DNA of 63,982 bases, filler included, from Hyphochytrium catenoides (GCA_900088475.1; 16 parts of 16 records of this genome joined end to end with filler, not necessarily neighbours in it), one strand, 5' to 3'; positions 1 to 12,950 are shown, counted from the whole stretch's first letter. The notes: generated from the letters alone by a model not told the origin. Translations and numbers: made by a program.

Positions 1-930
1 AGAGAGAGAGAGAGAGGAGAGAAAGGGAGATGGGGGGGAAGGGGAAGAGAGGAGAGAGAGAGAGAGCTAGAAAGAGAGAGAGAGAGTCAGAGACAGAGAG
101 GGAGAAAGAGTGTGAGAGACAGAGAAAGGAAGCAGGAGAGAGAGGAGGAGGGAGAGGAAGAAAGAGAGAAAGAGAGAGAGAAAGGCCTTTCGTAGAACCT
201 GTTCCTGTTTCTTCGCAGAGCTCTTCTTCCTTTTATCCTCTTCCCGCAGCTCCTGCTCTGGGGCCGCTACTGGCGCCTTGTCTTTCTCTTATGACACTGT
301 CCATGGGTCAGCTCTTTCCCTTGTCTCCTGGGCATTCGAGAGAGAGAGCCTCTTGAGAGGGAGACTTCAGGGCGAACAAGAGCTGCACTCTCGCTCTCTT
401 TCTCTCGGTATCCTTGCTCTCAGAGAGTGTCCTCCACTGTCTCTCCCGTCTTCAAGAAGCCGATGGCCTATCTTTCACTTCGTGCGGCCCCTGATCACAG
501 CTCTAGAGACTCTGCTTTGACTCTTGTTTCCCAAGGAAATAGCCAAAGTTAGAAGGAAGTTGAGGCTTGTGAGAGTAAGAAAGCAGTGGCTGAATGTATC
601 AGTGTCAGCGGGCGAGAGGAGTAACTCCGGCGGGAGAAGGAGGCGTTGTGTCATTGGCATTTAATACGGAGACGAGGAGAGTGGAAGGGAGAGAAAGGCG
701 TGAAAGGAGGGAGAGAGAGAGAGAGAGAGAGACAGGAGAGGGACAGAAGAGAGCGACAGGAGGGCAAGAGACAGGAGGGAGAGAGACAAGAGAGAGAGAG
801 AGGGAGAGACAGCGGACGGAGAGCGAGAGCGAAAGAGAGAGAGAGAGAGAGNNNNNNNNNNNNNNNNNNNNNNNNNNNNNNNNNNNNNNNNNNNNNNNNN
901 NNNNNNNNNNNNNNNNNNNNNNGAGAGAAC

Positions 931-969
<39 letters not shown>

Positions 970-2536
970 GAGACAAGAGAATCGAGGAGGCTGTCTTTCA
1001 TAAAATGCTTCTCATCTCTCTCTTCTTCCTTCCTCTTTTCTCTCTTTACTCGAAGCGACACGGAGCATGATAATCACTGTTCCGCTTGGATTGATTCTCA
1101 AGACGATTTGTTTTTCAAGCAATTTTATGTGAGGAGACATACAATTGGAATAAAGAATTTTACCTTTGAGAAAGAAAGTGGAAAAGCCAGTTCTCTTCAG
1201 CAATTTTGTTCTCAGTAAATTCATTCCATTCAGAACTACTAACATTTCTCTGTCATTTTATTATGATCAGGCTTTTCTATGTGAATAAAAATAAGATCCC
1301 ATAAGAGATTTAGAGGTAGATTCAACCCAGAATCCCCACTTACTTTTATTGGATATAATTTTAAAATCTATTGAGCCCCTTCTGCACAACTTGTAATTGC
1401 CACACAACACACTGTAGGAGTAACATACCAACATACCAACAACTAAAACGCCTTCCAGAGTATTGGAGCAATTTTAGCTCCAAACGACATCGAACAAACA
1501 GTTACGATTCTTGATGCGCCGACCTCAAAATTTTTCGTAGACAAGACAGTGTGGAAAGAGTCCTAAGAAAAGCACCACGCCAGGCTCGCGAGAGAATAGG
1601 AAAGGGACAGCTCATTTTACAAAAAGAACCCTCACTCACTTATTTAGAATGCAAATTACATTATTCTTGACCTCTTGAAAGAAGGGTTGTATTTTCACTT
1701 TCCCAATTTCTATCTCGTATAGCTCTGTCTTGCGCGGTCTGGCGGAAGTGGCTGTGTTATGCCTGACCCAATTGTCTCCACGCAACTCGGTCTCAATCGC
1801 CATTTCTGATGGACTTTTCTCACTTGGAACATCTCCTTCGGCTCGGATTCATTCATAAAACAGCTTCTGCCCCTACGACGTTTGCTTTCTCGAGACTCGG
1901 GCTAGTTTCCTCTTACAGTATCTCTTTCACACGATTAAAATATCTCTACTTTCAAGAAGGGAGATAGGACAATAGGTAACCTTGGCTCTGTCACGAAATG
2001 AGACGTCCACTGTCTTACCCAGTTCTTCCTCACTCAGAATCTCCGTCTTTCATCCACATCACAATGATGGCGGTAAACAGATTTCGCTTCATAGAGTGGA
2101 TGACAGGCTTAGTGCAGATGCAGATCTGATTTTCATTAAAGCTTCTCTTCAAGAGTCTCGCCGTCTACAGCCAAGGGATAGTACCCTAGGATCAGGTTGT
2201 TCCTTTCTTTGGGGTTGGGCGGTTATAGAGTGCCTGAGAAACAAGGGCCGAGCTCCTCGACAAGCATCTTCTAACGTAGGAGTAGTGCTGATACCTTCAA
2301 GGTTCTATACACTTCACTGAAGAGGGTGACATACTTCTAGTGGCGTAGGGCCAGGTACCAGCCTGGCCTTGTCGGCGCGTTTGCCTGCCCTTGTCCAGCT
2401 TAACGGCCACCCCTGCTTCGCTGTGCTATTGCAATCTGAGGACCTGAACGGAACTAGTTAAGTGATTAGCCACCTTTGCAAGCAAGCCAATGACCTTTTA
2501 GCGCCACCCAAGGTCGGTCCACTTGCCACGATCAAG

Positions 2537-4297
2537 ATGCTGTGCTATGCGTGCGGGGCGGAGGTCAGACCCAAGTCCACCTGCAGCTCATGTGGGGCGA
2601 TGGCTGGGGAAGCCAAGAATCAGAAGAAGATGAGAATGTATTCTAAAGATGATTCTTTCAAGGCCTTCATCGGGCGCAACCTCGCCGGGCAGCTCAGCTC
2701 TATGAGTAGAGATGACTCTATAAAGCATCTTTTGGCCCATGGCAGCTTTGGCACTCGCTCACTGAGCAAGGAGGAGTCCATCAGGAACTTACTAATCCAA
2801 GGCAGTATCGGAACGCGTTCTCTTAGTAAGGATGACTCTTTTTCCTTTAAATCCTTCTCCTTAAACGCCTCGCTGGGAAGAGATCTTCTCCTTCATGCGT
2901 ATGATGAGGATGATCCTGTGGATGAGCTGTGCAAGGCTTATCCCTCTCAGCCTCAGCAGCCGGAAGCCCAAGCCTCTCCTGCACAGCGCGCCTCCGTGAG
3001 CTTTCCTCTCAGCCCTGAAAGAACAGCTACCAGCAGTCCCCAGTCCAGCCAAGCTCTCTCTCCCAAGGCGCTTTTGGCATTGGGACTTGGAAGAGAAATG
3101 CCTCCACATATCCAGGAACCTTCAGAGCATCCGAAGAGAAAGGCAGCAGACAGAGAGGAGAGTATTCCGTGGGCTGACTATGCAAGAGACGACGATGGTG
3201 ATGAGGGTGATGAGCTTTTCAAAGTAGATCTTCCTTCGTCCTCAAAACCGCTCCCTCGAAAGCCTGTGGCTACTGCTGTTCCTGCGGACGTTTCCTTGGA
3301 GCCAAGTCCTGAGCTTAACCTGGACGCTCTACGCCTTGCCGACGATGTGGGCATGCATCTCCAGCAGCGGCAACAGCAGCTAGACCTTCAGCGGCTGCAC
3401 TTGCAGCAGCAGCAGCAGGCCCTACAGTATCAGCAGCAGCTCCACGCTGCCATGCATTCGCCAACCTACATGCAGGACAGCAACGCGCGGTGTCTCTCGC
3501 CAGTCCCCAACGCTCCGTACGTCTCTCCTACAAAGAAGCACGTAGGGCGTCCCCGCCGACAGCCAGTAACCATTAGTCATCAAAAGCTAGCGCTGAAATG
3601 GCGGCCAGTCGCGAAAAGCCAGTGGCAGAATCCCAAAGATGTTAGTAGCTGCCGGTCCTGCAGTCTAAAGTTTGGCCTGACGAAGCGGAAGCACCATTGT
3701 CGAGGCTGTGGTGCTATCTTCTGCGATGATTGTACGTCAAAGACAGTGGCACTGCCTGAAGCGGGCTATCCAGACCCTGTGAGGGTCTGCAAGCGATGCT
3801 TCACATATGCTTCGCAGTCCCATGAGGAGCAACGGAAGTCCGCGCCAGCTCCAGCTCCTGCCGTCTCTCTCGCGTCACCTGTCTCTCTTCCCGCCACATT
3901 GCAGCTCAATGTGCCTCCTCCTATGGCATATAGCGCCGTGCCAATGGGTATCTATCCGCCTCCTCCTGGGGCTGGAATGCCTTCTCTTCCTCTCCCGAAC
4001 GGCATGATCTCTCCTGTCTCATCGCCCGTTGGCTATGGCGCCATGCCGATGAGCCCGCACGTGGGCCTCAGCTACGTTCCCTCGGGATCTGTCGCTGTCC
4101 CTCAAGGAGTAAATACTGGTGGGAGGGTAAGAGGAGGAGCAGAAGTGGTAAGGGTAGGGCAAGTGTTACAAGGAGCAGGAGGACAGCTTTATCCTCAGTC
4201 CGCGGGAAAGACATACTCGCGTCAGCACCCAGCGCCGCCTCACCCTCACGCAGTGACGGCAGAAATGGAAGACATTCTGGACAATCTCATGCTCTAA
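2537..4297 (+). CDS. FYVE zinc-finger domain protein (intronless), with an N-terminal CxxC-x9-CxxC ribbon, polyQ and Pro-rich regions
   Basis: The ORF contains a complete FYVE signature, WQNPKD..CRSC..F...RKHHCRGCGAIFCDDC....VRVCKRC (~3623-3802). The first in-frame ATG is at 2537; the ORF track start at 2462 is GTG. Confidence 0.9.
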   Translation: MLCYACGAEVRPKSTCSSCGAMAGEAKNQKKMRMYSKDDSFKAFIGRNLAGQLSSMSRDDSIKHLLAHGSFGTRSLSKEESIRNLLIQGSIGTRSLSKDDSFSFKSFSLNASLGRDLLLHAYDEDDPVDELCKAYPSQPQQPEAQASPAQRASVSFPLSPERTATSSPQSSQALSPKALLALGLGREMPPHIQEPSEHPKRKAADREESIPWADYARDDDGDEGDELFKVDLPSSSKPLPRKPVATAVPADVSLEPSPELNLDALRLADDVGMHLQQRQQQLDLQRLHLQQQQQALQYQQQLHAAMHSPTYMQDSNARCLSPVPNAPYVSPTKKHVGRPRRQPVTISHQKLALKWRPVAKSQWQNPKDVSSCRSCSLKFGLTKRKHHCRGCGAIFCDDCTSKTVALPEAGYPDPVRVCKRCFTYASQSHEEQRKSAPAPAPAVSLASPVSLPATLQLNVPPPMAYSAVPMGIYPPPPGAGMPSLPLPNGMISPVSSPVGYGAMPMSPHVGLSYVPSGSVAVPQGVNTGGRVRGGAEVVRVGQVLQGAGGQLYPQSAGKTYSRQHPAPPHPHAVTAEMEDILDNLML

Positions 4298-4945
4298 CTC
4301 TGGGCTGCAAGTGGAAAATGCAGGAAATGGAATGGCGGAAGAGACTGAAGGAGAGAGACAGAGAGAGAGTTATTGAGAGAGAAAGAGGGTGAAAAGGAAA
4401 AGGGAGACGGGAGAGGCAGAGAGCGCTAAGAACGCATCTTTACATCTTTAGATGCAAAAATGCGGTAGTGCCATCGCCAAGAAAGATGAGAGAGAAAGAG
4501 AGAGCATCAGCTTCTGAGAATGGATGAGACGCAGGATGTCTGATGAAGAGAGAAAGGAAGAGAGAGAATGATTGGATTAGCACACCGGTAACAAAGGTGG
4601 TGACCTTCTGTCGTTTGAGACCTAACTATGAAGTCTTCGGCTCTGACAGAGCTGGAAAGTAAGTTCCGTCTATAGTTGGGAAGAGATAAGTTTATGTTTA
4701 TAAAGTTGATATTCCAGCATTGAGTCAACCGGAACCAGAACAGCATGGAATCAAGAGGAGCGGGGTCACATGTAAGACTCTAGCGTTGCACAGAGAAAGG
4801 GAGAGAAAGCGGAAAGAGTATGGTCCTTTGGGGGGCACTCCCCAAGCCAGTAAGCACTTCCCCAGTTAGAGTGATGCGTAGCAGAATAAATAGCCAAGAG
4901 TCACTAGGTGCGACTTCAGGGATAGAACAAAGAGAAAGAAAGCCC

Positions 4946-6291
4946 TCAATCTGTTGAAGATGAAGAAGAAAGACAGACGCTAAAATCAATTCTTCCCTTG
5001 CCTGGCCGAAGCACAGCCGGAGGAAAGGCGAAGGTGGCTCTTTTCTCTTCCTGACTATGGTCTGTCTCTACTCTTCTTAGAGCGAAGTGTGCAATCTTTG
5101 GCGAGTCTTTCCTCTCTAGGAGCTCAAAGCCAAGAGAAGTGAGAAGGGATGAAAAGTGCTCCTCTGTCATAAACTTTGAGTTCCTCAAGCAGAGAAGCGG
5201 GAGCATCAGGAACAAGATCCCTCTCTCCTTCAGATGCTTGTGGTAGCCTTGAAGCATCTCTCCTCGTTTCAGGGCATGCGGGACGCAATTGATTACCTGA
5301 GCGTCGGAGCAAAGGGAGAGAGAGAATAACGGAAAATGAGAGAACTGAAGGCATTCGGCGTCTGTTGCTATCTCCTGTGGCCCTTGCTATCTTCCCATTC
5401 TCTTTCTTTCTCTCACTCTGCCACTGTCTGCCAGTATCCCGTTCTCACCATACTCGATACTAGCACGTCATACGTTCCTTGCGGCTTTAGGGCAAAGAAG
5501 TCAATCTGACGGATTTTCTCGTGTCGCGACTCTAAATCAATGGCGTCTACAGCGAGCCAGGGACAGGACAGGAGCTGCGTGTTTATGGCGCCGACCTGTC
5601 AGTGTGAGAGACAAAGAGGTAGTAGCAGAGAGGGACGACTTAGGATGCTAGGAGACCAGCGATGAAGAACACCAGACAAACGTGACAGCTAGGGGGCTCA
5701 AGAGAAAGACAGAGTCAGCGAACGATCCTAGAAATGACATGAGAGAGAACAAGCGGTAAAGATGGGTCTGCACAATGCCCAAGAAGTGAGGATCGTGCTG
5801 GACGTGAGTGACGATCGTGCTAGGCAAACAGTCTCCGATCTCTGATCTCTCTCTCTCAATATATGCTAGATCTCGCCTCATTTTCTGCTTCAGTTTTAAC
5901 TCTCTTCTACAATGCTGAGCCGCCCGCTCCTCCCCATTTATCCCATACCTCTAGAACCTTCAGCGCCGGCTGACCCTTCGAAGGTCTGAGTCCTAGCTTT
6001 GTAAGGATCTGGAAGACCCACTTGCTTGTCTTGTGGAACGAAGTGGAGAGAATGCTACAAGTAAAGAAAGAAGGATTTGGCATTCACCATCCGTAGAGAG
6101 CGGGAAGACAGAGGTGACAAGGACAATCGGGAGTGTAACGCGATAGATGAGGAATGGCAACATGGACAGCGGCGAAGCAGATAAAGCAGAGGAAGAAAAT
6201 GTGGTTAGAGACTATTGTTGAGGAGCCGCAGCAGCAGGCCCTGTTAGCTCTCTCTCTCTCTCACACACACTCACTCTCTCGCTTGCTCTCC

Positions 6292-6344
<53 letters not shown>

Positions 6345-6796
6345 GTGTTGTGTGTGTGTTGCCCACTCGAACTTCATCTCGTCCCTCTCAGTCTCTGCCC
6401 GTCGTTGTTGGTTGCATTTCCATTGCCACGACATCTTGGCGGCCTCTCCAAGCGCGGCCCTGCCGTCATACCTTGCTTCTTGATAGGCTTTTCTTCCACC
6501 CATCTCATCGAGCTTTTGCTGGATTATCTTCAGTTTTTCTTTTTTGTCAGATGTAGAGAGTTTACCATTGCTCATAACCTCTTCCTTCTCCTTAGTTAGC
6601 TTATGGAAGGTCGTTGTGAGAACTCGTGCCTTCTTCCTGGATTTCTGCTCATTCAACACGAAAATGTCGAGTAAGTACAAAGCGCTGGATAGCACGTTAG
6701 GACCTTACTAGAAGGACAAGATCTTACCATTGGGGGAGGAATAATGGGCTTCGGCGCCTTCTTCTTTTTAGGTTTTGCCTTTTTGGCGCTCTTCAT
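4946..6796 (-). CDS. BMT2: 25S rRNA (adenine-N1)-methyltransferase BMT2-like, 5 exons (6796-6728, 6644-6472, 6054-5949, 5595-5449, 5296-4946)
   Basis: GT-AG junctions give one open frame: MKSAKK...GGRKAYQEASILSTSFHKTSKWVFQIL...LKVLEVGAINTQL...DAIDLESRHEKIRQIDFF...YDVLVSSMVINCVPHALKRGEML...LFLMLPLLCLRNSKFM...LGF. This matches the Bmt2 motifs (GG..AYQ.AS; LEVGA; IDL; DFF; SLVLN.VP...RG.ML; LP..C..NS.Y). Confidence 0.88.
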
Positions 6797-7586
6797 TTTC
6801 CCTTGAGCTCCTGCGGCTATAATTCGTCTACAGCCGCCTCCACTAATAGTCCCTAGCAAGGCTCTAGTATTAATGTGTAACACTCGTGAGTGTATGGAGC
6901 TTGTACAGCTCAACAAAGATAATCTGCAGATGGTAAGTCTGGCAAATTCTGAAGCTCCAGACTCCAATTTTCTCGAAGCGCTGTCTGCGTAATTTTATCG
7001 TCAATTCTGAAGCTTTGGCAATTGGCGCTCAACGCGGCGCAAATCATCATCAGAACCCAAGAACCAACAGACACGATCCAGCAACTGCCCACAACCTCAG
7101 CACTATCCTAAACATACTCAGTCAGTTCTAGAATAACACGGTCCTCTTGAAAGTAACGCAAAGCTTTCAATCTTGGGCAATACTTCACACAAAGGGAACA
7201 ATTAGCGCGAATAATTCCCACTGTTGTGAATCTTTCCTAAGGGTTCCATAGCGTTAGCGGCTCTCCGGACGGCTCCTCATGCACTCATGCACATGGGCCG
7301 TTTGATTGATGATTTGATGGGAAAGATCCGTTTGTACGCGAGGATCCACAGCTCGTTCGCTTCTTCTCCTTCGCCCTGAGACAGCTGCGGCAGCGTTCCC
7401 ATCGCTCTTCTAGGAGTTCCTACTGCTTTGGCTCATTCTCCGGCTTCTCTGTCCTTGCTGTTTCACCTTTCATGAGCTGCAAGTAGGTAGGCGCCGTTAG
7501 CCACCTTGCTCTGGTTATGGGAATAGTACAGTGTATTAGCCAGCAAGCCCGCTTGTCAGCAGCCAGATCCGAGAGGGAGAGAAGAG

Positions 7587-7626
<40 letters not shown>

Positions 7627-8304
7627 ANNNNNNNNNNNNNGAGAGAGAGAGAGAGAGAGAGAGAAAGAAGACATCTAGAAGGGGAAGAAGGAAAGAGAGA
7701 AGCCATGGGGCCACTAAAGATGGGGTTTGGAGGAATGCCTATGTTCTCCTTGTTCGCCCTTTCCTCCTCTCTGACATCAACGCTCCCCGAACAGCTCCTA
7801 ATCTTTTCTGGGTGCTCGGCCTCTCACTCAAAGGATCAACAGGAGCACTGGTATGGCTGCAGGTCGTATGTACTAGAGGGAAAAGGTAGAGCCCTTGTCT
7901 ATCTGTCCATGATAATAAAGGCAATAGTCAAGCCATGAAAGTGAAAGAGTTGGTCTTCCGACTCTTTGGCCCGCGCAGGACGCCGATCTTTTTGGCTGTT
8001 CAGTCTCTTCGGACATGGCATCTATTCTCCTTGAGATGTAGCACCTTGCGGTCCCCTTCTCGTTCTTCCTTCCGCCTCCGGAGAGGTTCGGCCTGGTCTC
8101 TCTCGCCACCTCCGGAGTGTTCGCCCTCCTGATTGATGCAGTGCTATCTCTCTCTCTCATCCGTTAGTCCTTTGCTTTACCAAGCCTATTTAGACAGAGA
8201 GAGAGAACCATCCCCACAGTCACTCTTCATTCCTCGCCCTGCAGCTTACAAAGAAGGAACAAGGACATCGTTCTTTAGAGCAATACTCGCTAATATAAAG
8301 TACC

Positions 8305-9023
8305 ATGATCCTTCCTCGTCTCAAGCCATTCTTCAACGGCGTTCACTCTTCTTCCTCTTCTCTTTCTCCTCTGCTACTGCCAGTTACCAACTTTCCTAGC
8401 CCATCACAAGCTCGAGGACTCTTTGTTCGCGCTAGTGCATTATCCCCTAGAGTAAATCCTTACCAACAGCATCTCCAGAAAGAGAGAGAGAGAAAGAAAG
8501 AGACAAGAAGAACGATGGCTGATAAGAAAGAGAAGACCCAAATTCAGCATGAGATGGAGAGGCCAGGTCTCCAGCATGAGATGAAGTCCAAGCCCACGTC
8601 CACTCCGCCTGGCATCGGCTACCAAGGCCGAGGCCTTCTGCAGGACAAGGTTGCCCTCATCACAGGGGCAGACTCAGGCATTGGAAGAGCCGTTGCTCTG
8701 CAGTTTGTCGAAGAAGGAGCTAAAGTTTCCATTGTCTATCATCCTTCAGAAGAGAAAGACGCCCGCCAGGCAAAGGAAGAGATCTGCAAGCAGTGCAATC
8801 TTGACTCTTCAGCAGCAGACTCTCGCATTCTTCTCGTCTCTGCGGACCTGAGAGAAGAGCAGCAATGTATCAACGCTGTGAAGAAGACAGTGGAAAAGTT
8901 TGGAGAGCGGCTGGATGTCTTAGTGAACAATGCCGCAGAGCAGCACATGAGGAGTACTATCTTAGACATCAGCGCTCAACAGCTAGAGAACACCTTCAAG
9001 ACCAACATCTTTTCAATGTTCCA
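8305..9023 (+). CDS. Short-chain dehydrogenase/reductase (YhdF/YdaD or glucose-and-ribitol dehydrogenase-like), 3'-truncated by the contig end
   Basis: It has the N-terminal QHEM.RPGLQHEM..KP segment, the Rossmann motif LQDKVALITGADSGIGRAVA, LDVLVNNAAEQH and TFKTNIFSMF. The start is uncertain (ATG 8305 or ATG 8515, MADKKEK). Confidence 0.88.
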
Positions 9024-9123
9024 NNNNNNNNNNNNNNNNNNNNNNNNNNNNNNNNNNNNNNNNNNNNTTAATTAATTAANNNNNNNNNNNNNNNNNNNNN
9101 NNNNNNNNNNNNNNNNNNNNNNN
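9024..9123. other. Artificial contig linker (44 N + TTAATTAATTAA + 44 N); 15 copies, starting at 9024, 18145, 21042, 23913, 27401, 28587, 38308, 39911, 45456, 46779, 49785, 50922, 52838, 54643, 62853
   Basis: The linkers have an identical 100-nt structure with a palindromic six-frame-stop core, and genes are cut abruptly at them. Confidence 0.97.
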
Positions 9124-12100
9124 ACCCTGGATACATTGGAAGCCATTGGGAGGAGCAGAGAAGGCAATAAAGTTTCTCCTACTCTCTTCTCGGAGGTGTT
9201 GGCGGAGTCTTCCTCTCTCATCAGCGACAGCGACCTTCATCTTAGCCATCTTGCCCTAAAGCTGACCTGCACTGTCCTCTCTGTGGCACCCGCCTCGATT
9301 AACAGTGTTACTGAGAAGGTTTTACCAAAGGTATGTGGGGGACGAGCAGGAACTCTTTGACTTTCACGACCTTCGCGCGCCCTTGCACTTTCGCGCAGAC
9401 CATGCATGAGCTGGTAGTAGTCCCCAATAGGCTAGACCGTTCTCTCTCTTTCTTCCCCTTCTCTGCCTATGCCTTCAGTTCCATCTAACTTCAAGGCCCA
9501 TCCACGTTCTTCTATGTCCCTTGCTACCCTGACGTCTGTGTCCGTGGCTGGTCCCCTGATGCTGAACTGTTCCCCCATGTCTGTCTCTGCTTCCTCATTT
9601 GACTGTATTTCCCAGTCCCTGGAGCTTGCACGCAGTCCCTTGCTGCAGGGTGCTGCCCTAGGCTCTTTGCTTGACTTATTCAAGACCCTTGTACTTCTTA
9701 ATGCGCCGGGGGCTACATTCGGTAGGCATCTTTTACGTCCTCACTTGCTTAAGTCTCTTTCGATTTCCCTTTCCTCGCTTGTCTAGTGGATCTACCTCTT
9801 TGTTGCTAGCCTCTTGTGTGAGTCGTTGCAGCTTTAGATGTAGTTTCCCTTTCGCTCGCCTTTACGGCTATGCACTGCAGCCTCGCGCGTCTCAATGGTT
9901 TAGGGTGCTGTCTGTGAAGTTCACGACTCATTTCGTTTTTTTTTTCGCTGTCTGTGAAGTTCACGGCTCATTTCGGTTTTGCGCTTTCACATCACTCAGA
10001 TGATTTGCTAGCCGCACTGTTAAAGAGCGGACATCTCCCTCGTCAATCAACGCACAATGTGGCACGATGCGTCGCAGTGCTCTGCTTGAATGGTGAGAAC
10101 GCCAGAGGCCGAGAGACAATTTCGTCCTTTGTAGAGCAACTGAAAGGGGGCAGACAAGAAGACGATGAGGACAGCGCCAATCACCTAGCACTGATGTGCC
10201 TGGGAGAGATTGGAAAGAAGAAGGACCTTTCCTACCAGACCGATCTGCAAGGCGTAAGAGAATTGGCCCCTGCATGTCCTTGCTTATTTTATATCGTATT
10301 GCGCACTCTCTTGTGCCATCCACTTGCCCACACATCCTTGCTTTTGCTCCTGGGACTATGTTTGGGCTCCATTTGTCTTCGCTTGCCACTGTGGCTCTAT
10401 AATCGCCTTTCTCTTCTACTTCACGCCGTTACCGTCAGCATGATCTCCTATTAGGGTCGGTGGCACCTGTTATGCTAACTCATTATCGGTCTATTGTGCC
10501 TTGGTAAGGTGATCCCTCGTCGTATCAGCTGATCTTCAGTACTTTGTAGGTCGTGCTACGTGCCTTTGAGCATGGCAGCGAAGAGACGAAGTCTGCTGCT
10601 GCTTTTGCTCTGGGCAGCATCTGCGTGGGGAATATGCAACTCTATTTGCCAATTCTCTTTAAGGCTCTTGCCGAAGGCAAGAACGAGGTAATGCACCTAT
10701 TGGCCGACCTGCTCTTCTCTTTGCTATCTTCTTGGCTTACCTTCACCCTGATCCTCGAGTATAACATTTTGTCTACCTGAAATGCCTATCAAAAGTGAAG
10801 GGAATCCTTAGAATGCCAGTTCATTTCTTTTGGAACTAGGCCTTGGCTTGTCCCCTCGCTTATATATCTTGTCAGCTCCGCAACTAATCAAGGGTCTCCG
10901 ATCTCTTACCTTTGATTAGTACTTGCTGCTGAGCGCCCTCAGGGAGGTCATTTCCTGCCACACTGATCCGAGCGCTAGGGAAGGATTCCAGTCGTACGTG
11001 CGACCCTTACACTTTGCACTTTCTTCTCCAGAGTCCTTTAGTCCCATTGCCTCGATGTCTTTCAGCTCAACGCGTCTACTCATTGCCCTCGGGATTGTCC
11101 ACAGAGACTTGCCTCTACTAACTCATGCCTTGCCTTCTCCCTTCCTTTCCGGCGGTCGGTGCCTATGTACACAGACATGTATCTCAAGTGTACTCCATTC
11201 TTCGTGAGCACTGCGAGAATGAGGAGGAGGGAGTCCGGAACATGGTAGCAGAGTGCCTCGGGAAGCTCTGCATTATCGATCCTCAGAAGCTCGTTCCCTC
11301 TCTTGCTGACATGTGTGGAGAGTCATCACCTCTTCTCTGCCGGTGGACTGCTATCACGGCACTTAAGTACTGCGTCGCCAGCCCCTTGCCGCTCAAGGTC
11401 TGAGAAATGTCGCTGCATGTCATTGCTCGTTTTAAATACTTTGGCGGCCCTGGGCCCCTGTTGCTTGTTAAGGGACCCTTCTGTGTGCCCTATTGCTAGT
11501 TCTGCTGTATGTCTTCGGCAGTCTCACCCCTTTGTCCAACCTTACCTTTCCATCAATCGTGTACCCTGTGCCCAATGTCTTCTAGGAGTTGTCTCCGCGC
11601 ATGGTGGGCTTCCTCCGCCTACTTCGTGATGAGGATCTGCGGGTCCGGCGGGCGGCTCTTCTAATGCTGAACTCCACAGCACACCATCAGCCCCGTCTGC
11701 TGCAGGATCACCTAGCGGCTAATGGACCCATTTTTGCTGTGCTATTGGACACTATCAATCTCAAGCTGGAGAGGGTAAGGACAAAGAGAGGAAGGAGCAA
11801 GCCATAGAGAGCGAAATGGAATCCCTAGACGTTTAGGGCAGTTTCATCTTTGGGGTTTTCCGGGCAGGGCGTTTTGCGTTTGGACATAGCTCCTTATCCT
11901 TTCCGCCCTGGTTTCTGGACCAGACCTGTTTGCTGCTTCACTTATGTCTTGATTGCCTCTTGTTTGTTAGACGGTAGATCTTGGGCCTTTCAAACACAAA
12001 GTGGACGATGGTCTGCCACTCCGGAAGGCCGCCTTTTCCTGCGTAGATACCATCTTGGACTCGCTCACTGAGAGGATAGATATCTCTTCTCTCGTGGAAT

Positions 12101-12950
12101 ACCTCAAGAAAGGTACGGGAAAGGGTTTGGCCAGGCAGAGCTGGGAAGTTCACCGACCGAAAGGCAGTTTTTGAAGGTAGCGGGGAAGAGAGTTAGTAAG
12201 GTTAAAGAGATAAAGCTGGACGAGGACTAGAGCTCTTTGCTTAGAAGAGTCAGCTGGTTTGGCTCTTCTTCCTCTTCTTCCCCAGTAGCTCCTCCTTACC
12301 TCACGCTCTGTCCTCAGGGTTGGCCGATAATGATGATGTGCAGATGCTCTCTCATCAGATTCTAGCAAAGATCTGTGCCATTCAGCCTGCCGTGATCCTC
12401 TCTGCTTTGGACGCCATTATTGAGCCCTTAGAGAAGACTGTGAACAGAAAGGTCGGCTTCTACGCTGTCTCTTTATACCTGCGTACCTAGCTCCATATTC
12501 TTTGCCTGCAACCCGGCATCAAGTTTGATAGACCTGTCAGCTGGGGCTGCTTTGGCCACAACCACCATGCCCTGCAATCAATTTCTATCAAATAGTAAAC
12601 CCTTATCATCTCTGCGCCTTGAAGTTCACTTCTGAAGTTCCTCTACTTTCACTTGACTTGCGGTAATCTTCTTCTTTTACCCGCCAGGCTTGCTTCTTCT
12701 CTGTTGCTCATTCCACACTAAATGACACGTTTCTTTGAAGGTGACGGACGCCAACGTGGGCACGGAGGTTGAAAGAGCAAATGATCTTATTCGGAGTGCC
12801 TTGAGGGCCATTGACACCCTCAATCATCTCCAGGAGGTCAGAGGTGACAGGCGTTGGCAAGACTTCTGGGACAGACTTCAGAAGAAGCCCAAGCTGGTAG
12901 AGATAATGGCCTCGATCAAAGCGGAAAGAGGGGAAGGGAGAGATCACTAA
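9124..12950 (+). CDS. CAND1: Cullin-associated NEDD8-dissociated protein 1, C-terminal part, 10 visible exons (9124-9330, 9616-9721, 10000-10253, 10550-10687, 10920-10993, 11175-11397, 11586-11774, 11971-12112, 12318-12451, 12741-12950)
   Basis: The spliced frame contains LISDSDLHLSHLAL, SPLLQGAAL, HLALMCLGEIG, SEETKSAAAFALGSICVGN, YLLLSALREVI, EEEGVRNMVAECLGKL, DEDLRVRRAAL, TVDLGPFKHKVDDGLPLRKAAF (TIP120 domain) and ERANDLIRSALRA. All introns are GT-AG. The 5' end is lost at the linker. Confidence 0.95.
9907..9984. repeat. ~40-bp tandem duplication inside a CAND1 intron
   Basis: GCTGTCTGTGAAGTTCACG(A/G)CTCATTTCG occurs twice, close to the 3' splice site at 9998-9999. Confidence 0.85.

Noticed and set aside
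1-1245. Many ORFs encoding RERERE or SLSLSL (here and at 14.4-15.0, 19.7-20.8, 25.0-26.4, 34.6-35.1 and 37.7-38.1 kb)
   Set aside because: They are translations of GA/CT microsatellites, mostly intronic or intergenic.
9068-9079. Regularly recurring TTAATTAATTAA palindrome as a biological repeat, CRISPR-like array or recombination site
   Set aside because: It is always centred in exactly 44+44 Ns and is a synthetic six-frame-stop linker.
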